64,000 nucleotides of DNA from Eledone cirrhosa (GCA_964016885.1 OZ024741.1:226238001-226302000); one strand, 5' to 3'. Shown: positions 12,581 to 28,113, counted from the stretch's first letter. The notes: a model not told the origin generated them from the sequence alone. A program made the numbers and translations.

Positions 12581-13173
12581 ACATTTGCCCAAGATGCCAG
12601 TCAGTGAAATCAAAACAGGGATCTTCTGATTGCGAAGCCAGCTTCTTACCGATTCGACTATGCTGTGTCCACGATTCTTAAATACAGTCTAGCCCACTGA
12701 ACTTGTGATACACTTGACTAAATTGAATCCAAATGAGAAGAGGGTATTATTGATGAGTGTGAGAATGAGGACAATGGCGACTACAATGATAATGTTGATG
12801 AAAACAACGGCAACACCGATAATGGTGACGACGATGGGGACATTTTTATGTTGATGACGATGATCATGACGTTAATATAGAGGAAAACGAGGGACGATTC
12901 AGAGAACAATGACGCCGATGATGATGATGATGATGATGATGATGATAGTAGTATTGATGTGAGAGATGAAATGAATAAAGCATAAACCTCAGTTCTTCAT
13001 GTACAGTCAACCTTCTTTGTCTTCGTCACAGTTTTTGTCATTGTTTTCACCTTAACGTTCTACTTCTTTCGTCTACAACTGTCTTGTATGAGAAACTACA
13101 TTGAAAATATCATCATCATCACCATGATCATCATCATTATAATCATAATCATCATTATCATTATCATCATCAT

Positions 13174-14215
13174 CGTGGATTGGCAGTATCGGTAGATCAT
13201 CGGAAACCATGCTTCGTAGCATAGAGTAATGGGCCTTTACCTTCTGAGTTCAAATCCCGTCAAGGTTAACTTTGCCGTTCATCCTTACGGGGTCGATAAA
13301 ATAAAGCACCAGTAGTGAACTAGGGTCAATTTAATCGACTTCCCCTACCTCAAAATTGTTGGCCTTGCTCCTAAATCAGAAACCATTATCATTATTATCA
13401 TTAAGAGCAATGGGGGTGGGGGGGCAGCATTGTTAGGGCGTCGGACAAAATGATTTGGAGCATTTTGCTACGGTGTTTTACGTTCTGAGTTCAAATCCAG
13501 CCGAGGTATCTTTGCCATTCATCCCTGCGTGGTTGATGAAATAAAGCACCAGTAATTAACTGGTGACGATTTAATCGACTTTCCCTTCCGCCAAAATGGC
13601 CGGTCTTGCATCTATACTAGAAATCATTGAGTGCGATGGATTGACAGAGTGGTTCGGACAAAATGGTTCTTTACGTTCTGAGATTAAATCTCGCCGAGGT
13701 GAACTTTGACTTACATCTCTCCCGGATCGATCAAAATAAATAGTACCAGTAAATAACTGAACTCGATCGAATTAATTTTACCCTACCTCAAAATTACTGG
13801 ACTTAATTAGAATTTAATATTGATGTTAGGGTGGTGGATTGGCAGTAGAGCTTCGGACACCCCTTTATGATCAGAGTTCAAATCCCGCTGAGGTTAACTT
13901 TGCCTTTCATCCTTATGAGGTCAATACAATAAACTACCAGTCACGCACTGAGGTCTATTTAATCGACTTTCCTCTCCCCCAAAATTGCTGGCCTAGTGCA
14001 TTTATAAGAAACCATTATTAATATTGGTGTTGTTGTGGTGGTCGGTTGGCATAATCATTAGAGCGTTAGATTAATACTTGGACGCATTTGTTCTGGCTGT
14101 TTAAGTTCTGTGTATAATGCTGCCGGGGTCAAATTTGCAATTCATTACTCCGGGCGTTAATAAAATGAAGTACTAGTTAAATACTGGGGTTGATATAATC
14201 GACTTTCCCCTTTCC
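13174..14215 (+). mobile_element. Five head-to-tail diverged MetaSINE-type copies
   Basis: Heads near 13174, 13410, 13632, 13827, 14035, each with B box and Meta core. Confidence 0.85.
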
Positions 14216-14477
14216 ATTCGTTCGGTAGTTTCTTTCCTTTCACATACATACAATTTTCGTGACTAACATGCTATAGTATCTTCTATTGAAACATGCTGCT
14301 TATTTTACGAAACCTAATAATTTTCAACAACACCCATATTATATATCTGTGAGTATTTAGTTTTAAAACCTCTATGATGTGTATTTAAAGCGTATCAAGG
14401 TTAACTTTGTTTAAGAACCAAACTTATGCAGTAACCGATTAAATATTTTTTCTCTAGAAACTTGTAACTGTACAATT

Positions 14478-14628
14478 TCTTCTTCTTCTTCTTCTTCTTC
14501 TTCTTCTTCTTCTTCTTCTTCTTCTTCTTCTTCTTCTTCTTCTTCTTCTTCTTCTTCTTCTTCTTCTTCCTCCTCCTCCTCCTCCTCCTCCTCCTCCTCC
14601 TCCTCGCTATCTATCTATCTATCTATCG
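14478..14628. repeat. (TTC)n-(TCC)n-(TCTA)n compound microsatellite
   Basis: Direct inspection. Confidence 0.95.
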
Positions 14629-14812
14629 AACGTGCGATAGATAGCACACTTTTCGGGGGTATGTGCAATCCCGAACACGCCCCCTCCCTTTTGAGGACTT
14701 TTTATTATTATATTATTATTGTTATTCCTTTTTTCTTTACTCGATTTATGTAAACTCCCCCACTGTGTATTTGTCCCCTTCTTTTGTGCCCTCGTGGCAA
14801 ATAAATAGAAAT
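14622..14812 (+). mobile_element. About 190-bp bipartite non-autonomous Tx1 derivative (5' tip + 3' UTR)
   Basis: Starts tatcgaacgtgcgatagat like 14886; ends ttgtcccctt..gtggcaaataaa like 20463-20500; (TCTA)n on both sides. Confidence 0.8.
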
Positions 14813-14843
14813 TTATCTATCTATCTATCTATCTATCTATCTG

Positions 14844-14880
<37 letters not shown>

Positions 14881-15092
14881 GTATCTATCGGACGTGCGAT
14901 AGATCGCTGGTAAGTTTTTGTAAAATTTTCTATACAGAAACAGAATTTATTGTGTGAAAATTTATATTGTTTGATAGATTAACACCCAGGCTGAATTGTC
15001 AGCTGGGTGGTAATCTCAGTTTTCGCCCCACAGATGCGGAAATTTAATTAAAAAATTATTGGGAAGTTTTAAAAATTTTCCTAACTTTAACA

Positions 15093-16834
15093 ATGTGTGA
15101 CTTACAGCGAACGCTAGTCAGAGAGAAGAGAGGGAAAGAGACAGACATAAGCGTTATATCTCCCTCTACATCCATAGAAGTATCTATGGAGACAAACAAC
15201 AACCAAACTTCCTTTCGTAAAGAAATGGATATTTACACAACAAAAGATGAAAATAACAGCCTACAACAGACACCAAAAAATACAGAAAATGCAGAAATTG
15301 AAACAATTGACACAACTACACACGACAAAACCGACAACAACAACAAAATTGAAAAAACAACATTCGCACAGACTGTGATAAATAAAACAGAGTAGAGTAC
15401 AAACACATCGACATAAGCAACTCCAAACAAATGTTGACCGATGCAAAACAATTCATAACCTTTGAAGAAAAGGGTGGGTTTCATATAAACTCACCCTTGC
15501 AAATTAAACGAGAAACAGTTCGGAGGACTGTTTCAAATCAAACGAAAAAACCGGTATTCCTCAGTCAAAGGGAAATTGAAACCACTTTGAAAGAGACTCT
15601 GCCGGACATTGATTTTTATGCCGAGCTCCAGACAATATGGAAGTATTTCGGTACTTTTTAAAAGCGAGGCCCTCGCACAAAAGCATTCTGTTACACCAGT
15701 CATCACAAAAACACACACCTTTTTCCCTACTTACAAGGGAAAAAGAACACAAAAAATTAAAATAAATAATATACCACCAAACATCAACATTTGGTGGATC
15801 TTAGCAGGATTCACAGAGCCAGAAAGTGAAACAATTCTTTCGGTCAGGAAGTCGACCGGACAAAGGTGGGCAGGGACAAATTTGGAAATTCTGATACAAA
15901 TGAAACCAGAAAGAATTTCCAAAATCCCCGAAAGAATGCTGGTCGACAACCAAAACTACATAAACATTGTAACTGAGTGGAGAAAGCCACACTGTTTTCG
16001 ATGTGCAAGCACATCACACCTAAAAGCCTCCAGCACTTTACAAACAAACATTGACAAAAAAGTACTTTTACCAACACCATCACCATAACAATCACCACCA
16101 CCATCACCATAACAATCACCACCACCATCACCGCAAAAACAACACACGAAACAAGCAAACACACCCAAACAAACAATCACTCAACCACAAACAACAGAAA
16201 AACACAGACAGCACCCTTGAATAACACAGCGCCACCCCACCCAATCTAACACTACCACAAACACACACACCAAAACACCCTCACCACACAACATACCCCT
16301 AACCCACACTCCTTAAGTGAAGAAGAAGAGCCCCGGAAATCCAAAAAAAAAGAGACATCACAAAACCCCCAAAACTCCAATCACCAACACAAAACCACAG
16401 ACACAAACAGCACAAACAACACCATAACCAAACCTCCCCCTACCAACCAAACAACACCAACACCACCCCAAACACAAAAGAGAAAACTCACAGACGAACA
16501 ACAAACTAAAACAACACAGCCAAAACAAAAACAACAGTATACATACATCAACACCAACAACAAACATTTGATGGAGGTCATCTCACAGGACCCCAAAGTG
16601 GAAACTGAGAGGAAAACTTTTGTAAAAGGAGACTATCAACCACACCTAAAACTAATAAGGGTTTCGATAGAAACCTATCAAAAATTGAAAGAACTGTTTT
16701 CGCAGGATGTTGGCAACCCCTGTCAAAAACCTATTAACTGTGTCTTATTAAAATGTTTCGCCACCCCACCCAACACCCCCACCAGCACCCAAATGGAGAT
16801 TGAACAACCCGATCTCCAGGAAACGAAAAGGTAA
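15093..16834 (+). pseudogene. Tx1 ORF1 (gag-like), disrupted
   Basis: KIKINNIPP; zinc knuckle CFRCASTSHLKAS; Pro/Thr/Gln-rich tail; stops and frameshifts. Confidence 0.75.
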
Positions 16835-16875
16835 TTGCACCTTTTCGTCCTTTTCGCCAACTCTTCTCCACCAGC

Positions 16876-19800
16876 ATGGCTGACTTACGAGTTAGAAGCG
16901 TGAATGTGCGTGGCCTACGGATGCCCTGGAAACAGGGCCAACTTTTAAACGACCTTAGGTCACATGGTATAGATGCAATAGCCATCACCGAGTTCAGGAT
17001 CCACAACAGGCAGCAACTAACCCTCATCTTCAATGACTTTGAGATCTACGCATCTCTCTGTCAGCCGGGAGGTGGAGGGGGGGGGGACTGTCATGTTTCA
17101 GAAAAACCTGGTTCTCGAAGTACAGCAAGTACACTTGGACCTGGAGGGTAGACTGGTGGTCCTAGATGTGAACAGTATTGGGGGTGGAGCCTTCAGACTG
17201 GTGGCCGTTTATGCGCCGACTGGGCAATCGCGGACAGATTCTTTAAGCGTCTAGAGTCTTTTCTGGGAACCTCTCGCTGGAATGGTATCCTAGATGCACG
17301 ATGGGACTATTGAAGATTATGTCCCAGTAGAGAGGGGTGCAACAGCCTCAAAATTTTAATCGGCCAATTCCAACTGGCCGAGAGGCATCGACTTGATTTC
17401 CGGACTGCACCACAGTGGACGTGGGCAAACCGCTGTGGGACATCTAGATCGTATTTAGAGAGGTTCTTAATTAGAGAAAGGGACAAGGAGATGTTAAGCT
17501 GTCCACGAATGCATATGGTTGCCTATTCCGATCACAAATTAGTCGGCTGCATAGTGAACTGTGATAGAACACATAGACAGGGACCCGGATACTGGAAGCC
17601 GAATGTGCCGTTGCCGGCACGTAAAGCCTACGGTGAACGGATAAATAGACTAGTTAAGCAACAGTTAACCGGAGCCATCGTCAACAATAGATGGTGGTAC
17701 TCTCTCAAGAAAGCAATTAGAGTAGAATCGATAGGGTTTAGCAGAGAGTTAGCCTTAGAGAAAAACAAAATAGAAAGAGAACTAGTAGCCAATGTAGAGG
17801 AGGCACTTAGAAGTGGGAATGCGGCTAGAGTGTTAGCGTCGAGAACGGCACTGGACCAGTTCTTCGATGCGAAACACGAAGGCTGCGTGGTCAGAAGCAA
17901 AACACGTGCTCTAGGAAACGAGGGAGAGAAAGCTGTCAGCTGGGCTCGAGTGGCGGAGGCAAAAAGTGGCAACAAGTCCACGATTCGGTCTTTGAAAGAC
18001 CGAAACGGACACGTGCTACTTGACCCCAAGCAAATATGCGCGGCCTTTCAGCAGCACTTTGTGCGACTGTTTGAGATGAACGACGGTGAGCCGAACGGGG
18101 CAATGGACTTTAGTTCATACCTCGACGGCTTGCCGCGTTTCTCAAAGACGGTCGCCGATTTCTGCGAAAGACCCATCACGGACACTGAGATACGGGCCGC
18201 TCTGGGCCGCTGCGGGAAACGCAAGTCTCCCGGTCTAGGTGGTCTACCCTATGAGTTTTACATAGGCATGCCGGACTTGTTCTCTGGCATCCTCGAGGCC
18301 GTCTACTGCAACTGGCAGCAGAACGGGAGAATTCCCAGTTCTGCAGGCAAGGGCGTAGTAAGGCTGATCAGGAAAGACGAGAACAAGGGGGACGAAATTA
18401 ACAACTTTAGGCCCATAACACTGCTCATCGCAGTGTTAAAGATTTTGACCAAGATATTGGCAACAGGCTGGCGCTTGTCGTCGAGAACCTGGTAAGGAAA
18501 GCGCAAATGTGTGCAATCCCGACCAGGTCCATACACGACAATCTCCACCTCATGCGATACATCATAGAGAGGGTGGGTAGTAAACCTGGCTTCGGTGGTG
18601 CTCTGATTAATTTGGATCGGTCTAAGGCATTCGATAAGGTCGACCATCGATACTTGGAAGCGGTTTTCAGAGGCTGGATCGAGGCGATGCACACCAGCAT
18701 CAGCTCGAGGGTCAAGGTGAACAGTTACCTATCGGAGCCGTTCGCAGTCACGCGTTCCATTCGACAGGGATGCCATCTTTCCTCCATTCTGTATGTATTG
18801 ACTCTAGAGCCACTACTGCGGAAATTGGAGCTGTTGCAGGGCATCCCTCTAGAACCGGGACTGCGCCGAGCGGCGTCGGCTTATGTCGACGACGTAAGGG
18901 TAATGGTGTCGAGCACCTTGGAAATCTGGGTGATCTGCAACTTACTGAAAGAATGCGAAACGCTGACGGGAGCAAAACTAATCCCGGACAAGTCTGTCGG
19001 TTTGCAACTCGGTACGTGGAGAGGAAAACGATAACGTCCGACAGCGTCGTTGGACGCTGGACGGACGGTCCAGTGAAATTGCTCGGGGTCTGGTTCGGTC
19101 CAGACCTCCAGGTGGAGAAAAACTGGAACGAGGTCACGGCCAAGGTGTTTGCGCTCACCCAGAAGTGGGCAGAGTGCAAACTGTCCTTGAAAGGTCGAGC
19201 GGAGGTGGCGAACACTTTCATAGCGTCCGTCATCTACTACCGCTTGACTGTCGTGCCTTGTCCCCGTGAACACCTCGCCGAGATGGAACGCATGCTCTTC
19301 CAGTTTCTGTGGAAGAAGCAGGTTCCGCTGGTGAGGAGATCCGTCTGCTGGTAGCACTCTTCCAACGGAGGGCTGGGAATTCCGTGGCTGATGATGCGCA
19401 AACATGCGCTGAGGCTGAGGCATCTCCAGGTATTCCTCACCGACCCCCAACCGGTGTTGGCACCGTTTGTGAGACAAGCTTTCCTGCAGCTCGTCTCGCT
19501 GACGTAGCTGCAGTCCAGGATCAAGAAAAGACCGAAAACGATGGGCTCCTGGCACATTGAATGCGCTCAGGCGCTCACAGTCCTCTGGATAGCGGACACA
19601 GAAATCAGGGGAGACTCCACTTTGACATTCTATAGAGGGATTTTACGTCACATTGGAGACGACGTGCTCGGAGAGACTCTGGGCGTCGAAGACGATGAGC
19701 TCACTAGTCTGTTTGGTTGAACTTTTCGCCCGGGACCTATGGATAATTTCCAGAGGTCCCTGGCCTGGCAGTGCTACCGAGGAGCTCTACCAGTTCTACG

Positions 19801-20270
19801 AGACAAGATCTACAGGCACGGACGCCCCGGTAGGGATCCTTCCAAGAGGACGTGTCTAAGATGCGCGCAGGATATTGAAACCGTCCTGCACGCAATTGTA
19901 CACTGCCCGGGCGTAACCGACCTGTGGAACTATGCAGAACAACTGCTGTCCCGTATGGGACAAATCCAGTTGACTGCCGAGTCCATAGTAAGGATCAAAC
20001 CGCCAGCCTCTTTCAAAAACGAAAGAGAGGCGGTTTTCCTCTGTATAGTGGCTATGGTGAAAGAGGTTATATGGTGGACGAGATTGAGAGACTGAGGACA
20101 GATGCCTTTCTCTCCGGACAACAATTGATTCCCTTCTTTAAGTATCACTTTAGAAGGAGAATCAGAGAGGAGAGTGAGAGGCACTGCACCCCAGTAAATT
20201 TACTGAAAGGTGGGTGAATGTAGCGAAAATGGCCCCAGTGATTGGGCCTTCTCTGTTTATAAACCTGTAG
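16876..20270 (+). pseudogene. Tx1 ORF2 (AP endonuclease-RT-CCHC), frameshifted
   Basis: SVNVRGL, VAVYAP, SDH, GPGYWK, KSPG.GLPYEFY, NFRPITLL, LD.SKAFDKVDH, RQGC.LS, AYVDD, LGVWF, LSLKGR, GGLG, CLRC..ETVLHAIVHC. Confidence 0.93.
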
Positions 20271-21544
20271 CTTAAAGAAGAGAGCAAAAGGAAGGAGGGA
20301 CCACTTGCACAACACGCTCCTGAAGTTGAGGGTTGTACTATCGACGGGTTATTAAACAACCCATTTGTGGCGCTTCCCCCCTATTGGGGATTTCGATCGT
20401 TATAATTGTTTGTTTTATATTTTTTACACGACTGTATGTAAAATCCCCGGCATGTCTTTGTATTGTCCCCTTTTCTTGTGCACCCTTGTGGCAAATAAAG
20501 AAATCTAACTATCTACATATCTATCTATCTGTCTATCTATCAATCTCTCTATCTATCTACCTATCTATCTATCTATCTATCTATATATTTAAAAATAAAG
20601 AAATATATCTATCTATATATTTATCTGTCTGTTTATCTGTCAGTCCATTTGATTAGATGAGTGACTGAAAGTATGCATGTATGTATATTTACATATATGT
20701 GTAGGTGTACATAGGTATCTAACTCGTTTTTGTTTGATTACAATCCTTCATTTCTCCCTTCCCCTCTCTCTCACTCACTCACTCTCTCTCTCTATCCCTC
20801 CCTCCCTATCTCACTCGCTCTCTCTCTCTATCTCTCTCTCCCTCTTTCTCTCTCTTTCTCTCTCCCTCCCCCTCCCCCTCTCTCCCTCGCTCTCTATCCA
20901 TCTACATATCTCGTGTTCTATCTAATGTGTATCAGTGTATCTCTCAGTGTTTATAATTTACTGAACAGAAAATCCATATTTATGTTTTATTGAACTCATA
21001 CGCACGCATACACACACAAACACACGCGCACACACACACACATACACACACACATACACAACACACACACAAGCACCCACACAAGCGCGATCAGCATGCA
21101 TAGAGAAAGATATATCTATTTGAAGTAAACTCCAGAGATATATATCATCCATTTTCGGACATCTTGTTAAAAGACTGCATTAAACACGGATCAATCAGAT
21201 TGTTTTTGCTATGCTTTGATATCGTGTCCATCTTGGCGCTATCAATCTAAATGGAGAATTTTTAGATTATATAATAGACATAAATTCGTGTTTGTTTACA
21301 AAGGAAGAATGCTTCTGTGGTGTAGTTTTTGTTGCTTAGTTCCAAATAAACCTTCATTGCGCAGATATATTAACAAAAGTATCCTGGCTTTGACCATGTC
21401 ATGAACTTCTGCCTGTTGGTCTATAAGGTTCAGTGTACTTCCCTTCTAGGATTCGTTGATTTTGAGATGCTCTTAATCGGCGGACTTTAAAAAATTACGT
21501 GAAGATTGTGATGTGTGAAAGCTATGCGAAGACCATATTAGACA

Positions 21545-22895
<1,351 letters not shown>

Positions 22896-22899
<4 letters not shown>

Positions 22900-23154
22900 A
22901 TACTCTGGGAGGGTCATGTTGCCAATAAGAAACATACGCACCAGGTGCTTTCACTTCAATTTATTATATATTTATAAATTTATAAATTTACAAATTTATA
23001 AATTTCTGGTTGGTTGGTTGGTTCCACAACCAGATAGTTGTTTATATATAGTCATAGTTCTTTCGTCACACACTCTGTGACCTCTCCTTTGTTCTGTCCT
23101 ACGCCATTTTGTTTCTGTGTGTGTGTTGTGTGCTCAGTCTGCGCATGCGCCACA
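22896..23154 (-). mobile_element. Possible solo LTR
   Basis: Minus strand begins TGT and ends AACA, with TATATAAA then AATAAA; no TSD seen. Confidence 0.3.
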
Positions 23155-24359
23155 TCCGGGTGTCTGTGTGTTTATGTTCATTTATTTATTTGTTTATTTA
23201 CATGTTACTGGTTGGTTGTTTGTTCTATGTGTGTGTGTGTTTTCATTTTGTCCTTAATTGTAAGTTGTGATGTTGCTGTTCCACTCATATTTTCTATTTA
23301 ATTTTGGTTGTAATTCTTTTATGTTTATTGCCTCTGTAATTTGTCTAAACATTGCGTCTTTTCTGTGTGTAGATTCTATTTTTATTTCTATGTTCTCTAA
23401 TTTACCCTTATATATATGTGTGTGTGTGTGTGTGTTTGTATGAGTGTGTGAGTATTTATGTGTGTATATGTATGTATATATATATGTAAATGTGTGTGAG
23501 TATGTATGTGTGTGCGAATGTGTTTATGTGTTCTGAACTGTATTGTATAATAATTAGAATGAGGAGACGATTTCAGAATTAAAAATCAACAAAAAAGAAA
23601 TGAAAATACAAACTGACAGAATCCAACCAATATAAATTTCTTTTCACACGTGTATGCTGTGGGCTATTGTGTCTCTTGTAAAGTGTAATGAAACGAAAAG
23701 AAGCCATGAGTTTGCAGATAAAGCAGTATTTACATCCCATTGTTACATTTTGCCTCGCTACATGAATTGTTACCAGCAATTTTCTACGATTGCAAACAAT
23801 TATGAAGACTGAAATTAATATAAACAATATCAATATAAATTAAAACAAAATAAATTCAACCACGAATCAACCAAAACTACACCATTTTGCTTCTATAAAA
23901 AGAGTTTTATTAAAAGAAGGTGCTTAAAAAAAATGATTGAGATATTACTGATAGAACTTTAATCAACTTTCTATTTATAATCCATAGTAAAATAATCCGA
24001 CAAGAAACCTCCTCTCAGAACATTTTCTCGAAAGTTTACATAAAATATAATCTGTAATTCATATGTGTGTATATGTGTGTGTGTGCGTGTGTTTTCCTGT
24101 GCGCCTGGTATTGTGTGTCTGTGTCGGCGCGTACACGTTTGTGTGAGAGTGTGCGTCATAAACGTAATTAGGTTGTATAAATAAAATCTATGACGTCATT
24201 GTAATCACTAGGAGACAACAGTTGGTTTTTATTTTGTGTACTTTTATTTTCCTTGCTTTTAGCATTTTGTTCCGTAATCGATTCTATGGTCAGTCTTTGT
24301 AACGTCCTCTCTCCTGCTACTATTGTGGCAAGTAAAATTAATTATTATTATTATTATTA

Positions 24360-24725
24360 AATGCTTTGGCGCATAAAGTTACGGCCCTTGCCATTCTGAG
24401 TTCAAATCCCGCCGAGGTTAACTTTGCCTTTCATCCTTACGGGGTCGATAAAATAAAGTACCAGTAATAAACTGGGTAATTGCTGGCCTTGTGCCTAACA
24501 TAGAAACAATTATTATTAAACTTTTAAGGGCGGTGAATTGGCAGTATCGGTAGAGGGTCGGACGCCATGCTTTGACGTATATAGAGTTACGGCCCTTGCT
24601 ATTCTGAGTTCAAATTCCGCCGACGTTAACTTTGCCTTTCATCCTTATGGGGTCGATAAAATAAAGTACCAGTAATGCACTAGGTAATTGCTGGCCTTGT
24701 GCCAAAAGTAGAAACAATTATTATT
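24360..24725 (+). mobile_element. Tandem MetaSINE-type dimer
   Basis: 5'-truncated copy 24360-24520 plus full copy 24527-24725. Confidence 0.9.
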
Positions 24726-25209
24726 AAACTGTTAATATTTTCTTTATAATAAACCACCCTTCATAGAGAAATGTCTTCAACCGTCGTCCGTGTATCAAAT
24801 TTGGTCATCTTTCATCATCTTCGTAGGATTCCTGCTATAAGTTATGATCACTTATAGAAACCTTCCGTACCGGACAACTTTCTAAATTACACTTAGTCTT
24901 CTATTTCATTCCTTTCATATCTAAGAAGATTTATAGCAACATTAAATTAGCCTCAGTATTTGACTGTTTCTTTATACCATCAACAATAGAAGAGATGGTT
25001 ACGGCTGGAACGTATTTTATTTTAGTTCTGCTCTATAAGGGTTGGTTAGAGACTAAACAACAGTAACAATAACAGAAATGCAGCTGGATCAACAAGAGAA
25101 CTTTTAAATTCATGAAAAAATTCATGGACCACCAAATTCCAATTTTGTTTCGATATTAAATAAAGCTGTTGAGACATGGCAAAATTTGAAAGTAGCACAT
25201 TATAAATAA

Positions 25210-25393
25210 ATGTTTCTACCTTTGGCACAAGGCCAGCAATTACCCAGTACATTACTGGTACTTTATTTTATCGACCCCGTAAGGATGAAAGGCAAAGTTA
25301 ACCTCGGCGGGATTTGAACTCAAGCCATAATGGGCCGTAACTCTTTGCTGCAAAGCATGGCGTCCGACCCTCTACCGATACTGCCAATCCACT
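25210..25393 (-). mobile_element. MetaSINE-type SINE
   Basis: Reverse complement of the consensus. Confidence 0.92.
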
Positions 25394-25804
25394 GCACACT
25401 ATAAATAATCGTTAAGTAATCTTGGAGAGGGAAAATGTGTTTCTTTTGGACATATAAGTGTCGTAAACTACTAAATATTTTATTATGCACCCCTAGTGGT
25501 CCACCTGGACCATGTTGAACATAACTGAACTAAAGAACAACAATATCCACATGCGTTTATATCGCTCCTGATATTATATCTAAGTTTTCCTAGCCGTAAA
25601 CTCCGCAATGTATATGCTGCTCAACCCTTTCCCTTGAAATCTAGCAATCCCTAGAATTATCTCCTCGCTTATTCTTTTTGTCTAGTTGAAAAAATGTCAA
25701 CTATTTCTATTACATAAAATCTAAGACCAGAGAAGATTCTACTAAATCATTTACACAATTAAATTATTTAGAAAAAAAATGTAGTGCCAATTAGGTGTCT
25801 ACGT

Positions 25805-25945
25805 ATATAGACACATAACTCTTGATGGATTCATAGCGGCACTGTGTTGACATAGAGTAGGTCTTGACCGTTTTAAATCTGGCAGAGCCCATCTCCTCAT
25901 GAGCTCTTAACACAGTCAGCCACCTCCAGAGAAGGAGAGAGAATG
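25805..25945 (-). mobile_element. Structured SINE/LINE 3' tail (family B tail)
   Basis: Minus: ctgtgtt..gaggagatgggctc.gccag..caaga..tatgtcaacacag..catcaagagttatg, like 31250-31375. Confidence 0.6.
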
Positions 25946-26258
25946 GAAGAGAGATGAGACCCCTTAGTCACCTACTCTCTTGTGGTCGTAATAATCACAA
26001 GCAAGTTTAACTACTCGACAGAAAATCGTTTTATCTCTCATGGCAGGGCATACTTCTGTAATTCTTTGTTCTTATTACTGAACACGGCTCTAATTGAGAA
26101 ACTAAACTTGTTACTTCAATATGGCTACCGATTCAGTATTTTGCGGTAATGAAAAACATCTGAAAACAAATTACAGCAATTATCGTCTAGAAATAAGTTT
26201 TTTTTTTATAATTCTTTCTGCTTCATTTTCTTTCTTTCTTTCTCGCACCACCACTCTA

Positions 26259-26346
<88 letters not shown>

Positions 26347-26491
26347 AATCTATCACTTACTCTCTCTTACTCTGGATCTCTCCCTCCCGACTCATAATCA
26401 ATCGTTACAGATCTTAGTTTCAGTTAATTAGATATATATGTGATTGGAACATAATAAGTCGACTAATTTTAAAGAAATTACTCATACTTAC

Positions 26492-26533
26492 CTGGTCAGA
26501 TATATTTTCTAGAAAGTCCAGAGTGGCATAAAT
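26492..26533 (-). CDS. Candidate 42-nt internal exon (IYATLDFLENISDQ)
   Basis: Minus: tttacag | open phase-0 frame | CAG GTAAGT; short pyrimidine tract, no homology recognised. Confidence 0.22.
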
Positions 26534-27103
26534 CTGTAAATGTTTTAACTTCAAACAATATGAATGAAATTAATAGCTTCCATTTAACACAAAACGCCAA
26601 ATATACTACTGTTGGTGATACGTTTGTCATAAAATTCTGGTTGTCACGCATTTATCATTATGTAATTATATTTAAACAGTGATAGTTCGTTTACGTTTTC
26701 CATAAGCAGATAAGTTCTACTTAACTTCTACAGATATATACAGATATATACAGCTTAAGTTGAGAGGTCAGATAAGTGATTTCTGTTGAGTTTCAAGAAA
26801 AGCTAAACTTGTCAGACCATCTTCACTTTCAACTGGTAAAACTCCTGTTGTTCACCCCACAGGCTATATTTCCTAGCAAGAACAAATATATCTACATTAA
26901 ATATACTTACTCTATATCATTTCACATACACATGCTCATCACTATGCTATATTGATCATTTTTATTGGAAATATTTCTTGGTTTTGTTGTATGTATATAC
27001 ACATACATGCATACACATACATGCATACACACTCACACATACACACTCACACATACGCACGCACACACAAGCAAACACACACACACACACACACAGACAG
27101 ACA

Positions 27104-27145
<42 letters not shown>

Positions 27146-27332
27146 TATATATATAAGAAAATGAGGGTTTTTAAAAATAAAAATACGAGATGTCCTACAC
27201 TAGTGAAACTATACGGAAAAGAAATCGAAAATGCAACTGGAGTCTTTTTAAGAATATTTATTTGTTTCCTTTACCGGTTTCACAGTTCTTATGCCTTTCA
27301 AAAGTATAATGAGATAGACGGTTTGTGGTTTT

Positions 27333-27369
<37 letters not shown>

Positions 27370-27373
<4 letters not shown>

Positions 27374-27425
27374 AAGGGTGTGGTAAGAACCAGCTAGACC
27401 ATAACCCACCCGAGTACTCGATACC
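27370..27425 (+). mobile_element. Penelope pLTR terminal fragment after (TA)n
   Basis: gtggtaagaaccagctagaccataacccacccgagtactc matches 152-195. Confidence 0.7.
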
Positions 27426-28044
27426 GATTACTATGCACATATATTTTATACGAATTGTCAATATGTTACCACCATAAACCTTCGACATTGAATGCAATAG
27501 ATAAATCTTCCTTAACGGCGTGTCTGGAGCATTTATAAACCTGGTAAAAGGAGCCGTTTCAAATGTTTAACCCGGCTCTCTAAAGACTATACCATTTCAC
27601 CGCCTTAAGTTATGCAATAACGAAATATAAAACCAAATATAAAACCAAATATAAAACCAAAGCAAAAAACTCATGAGATCGAAATACATTGAGAAAATTA
27701 AAAGGACTTCTTCTCCTTGCGATAAGTGAAAATTATTTATGTCATTTCTTGAAAATTATAATTGCTTTAATGATATTTTTGTCACAACGAAAGGCAGCTT
27801 AAGTTACACTGACAGGATGCAAGGGGAAAGATTGGAATCCTGATACAAGTATGGAGACAGGAAGTATGAGAGGTTAACACATATAGGAGTTCACTATATA
27901 TATATACATATATTTTTATATGTGGTATGTGTGTTTAGAAGAAGGCGAGAGAAATAAAAAAATTGATTTATAAGATTTCGCTGTAGTTTCTGTAGAAAAA
28001 AATATGGTGAAAGCTTCTAATTCAAATTTCATTAATATGTGTAT

Positions 28045-28113
28045 GTAGACATAATGGTAAAACGCGCTTGCTTGGCATATGAGGGATGCGTTGTTCGATT
28101 CCTTTCAAGCGTC
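28045..28113 (+). pseudogene. Degenerate tRNA-like sequence / SINE head
   Basis: A-box-like CATAATGGTAA and B box GTTCGATTCC; stems imperfect. Confidence 0.35.

Larger units (their letters stand above)
14886..20504 (+). mobile_element. Near-full-length decayed Tx1/L1-clade non-LTR retrotransposon in (TCTA)n
   Basis: ORF1 with zinc knuckle; ORF2 with APE, RT and CCHC; 3' AATAAA; (TCTA)n flanks. Confidence 0.92.

Noticed and set aside
25820-26060. Terminal exon (KYALP*) plus pre-miRNA-like hairpin
   Set aside because: The hairpin is a copy of the family B repeat tail, and the acceptor is weak
28045-28113. Functional tRNA gene
   Set aside because: Acceptor and anticodon stems do not pair properly; more likely a decayed SINE head
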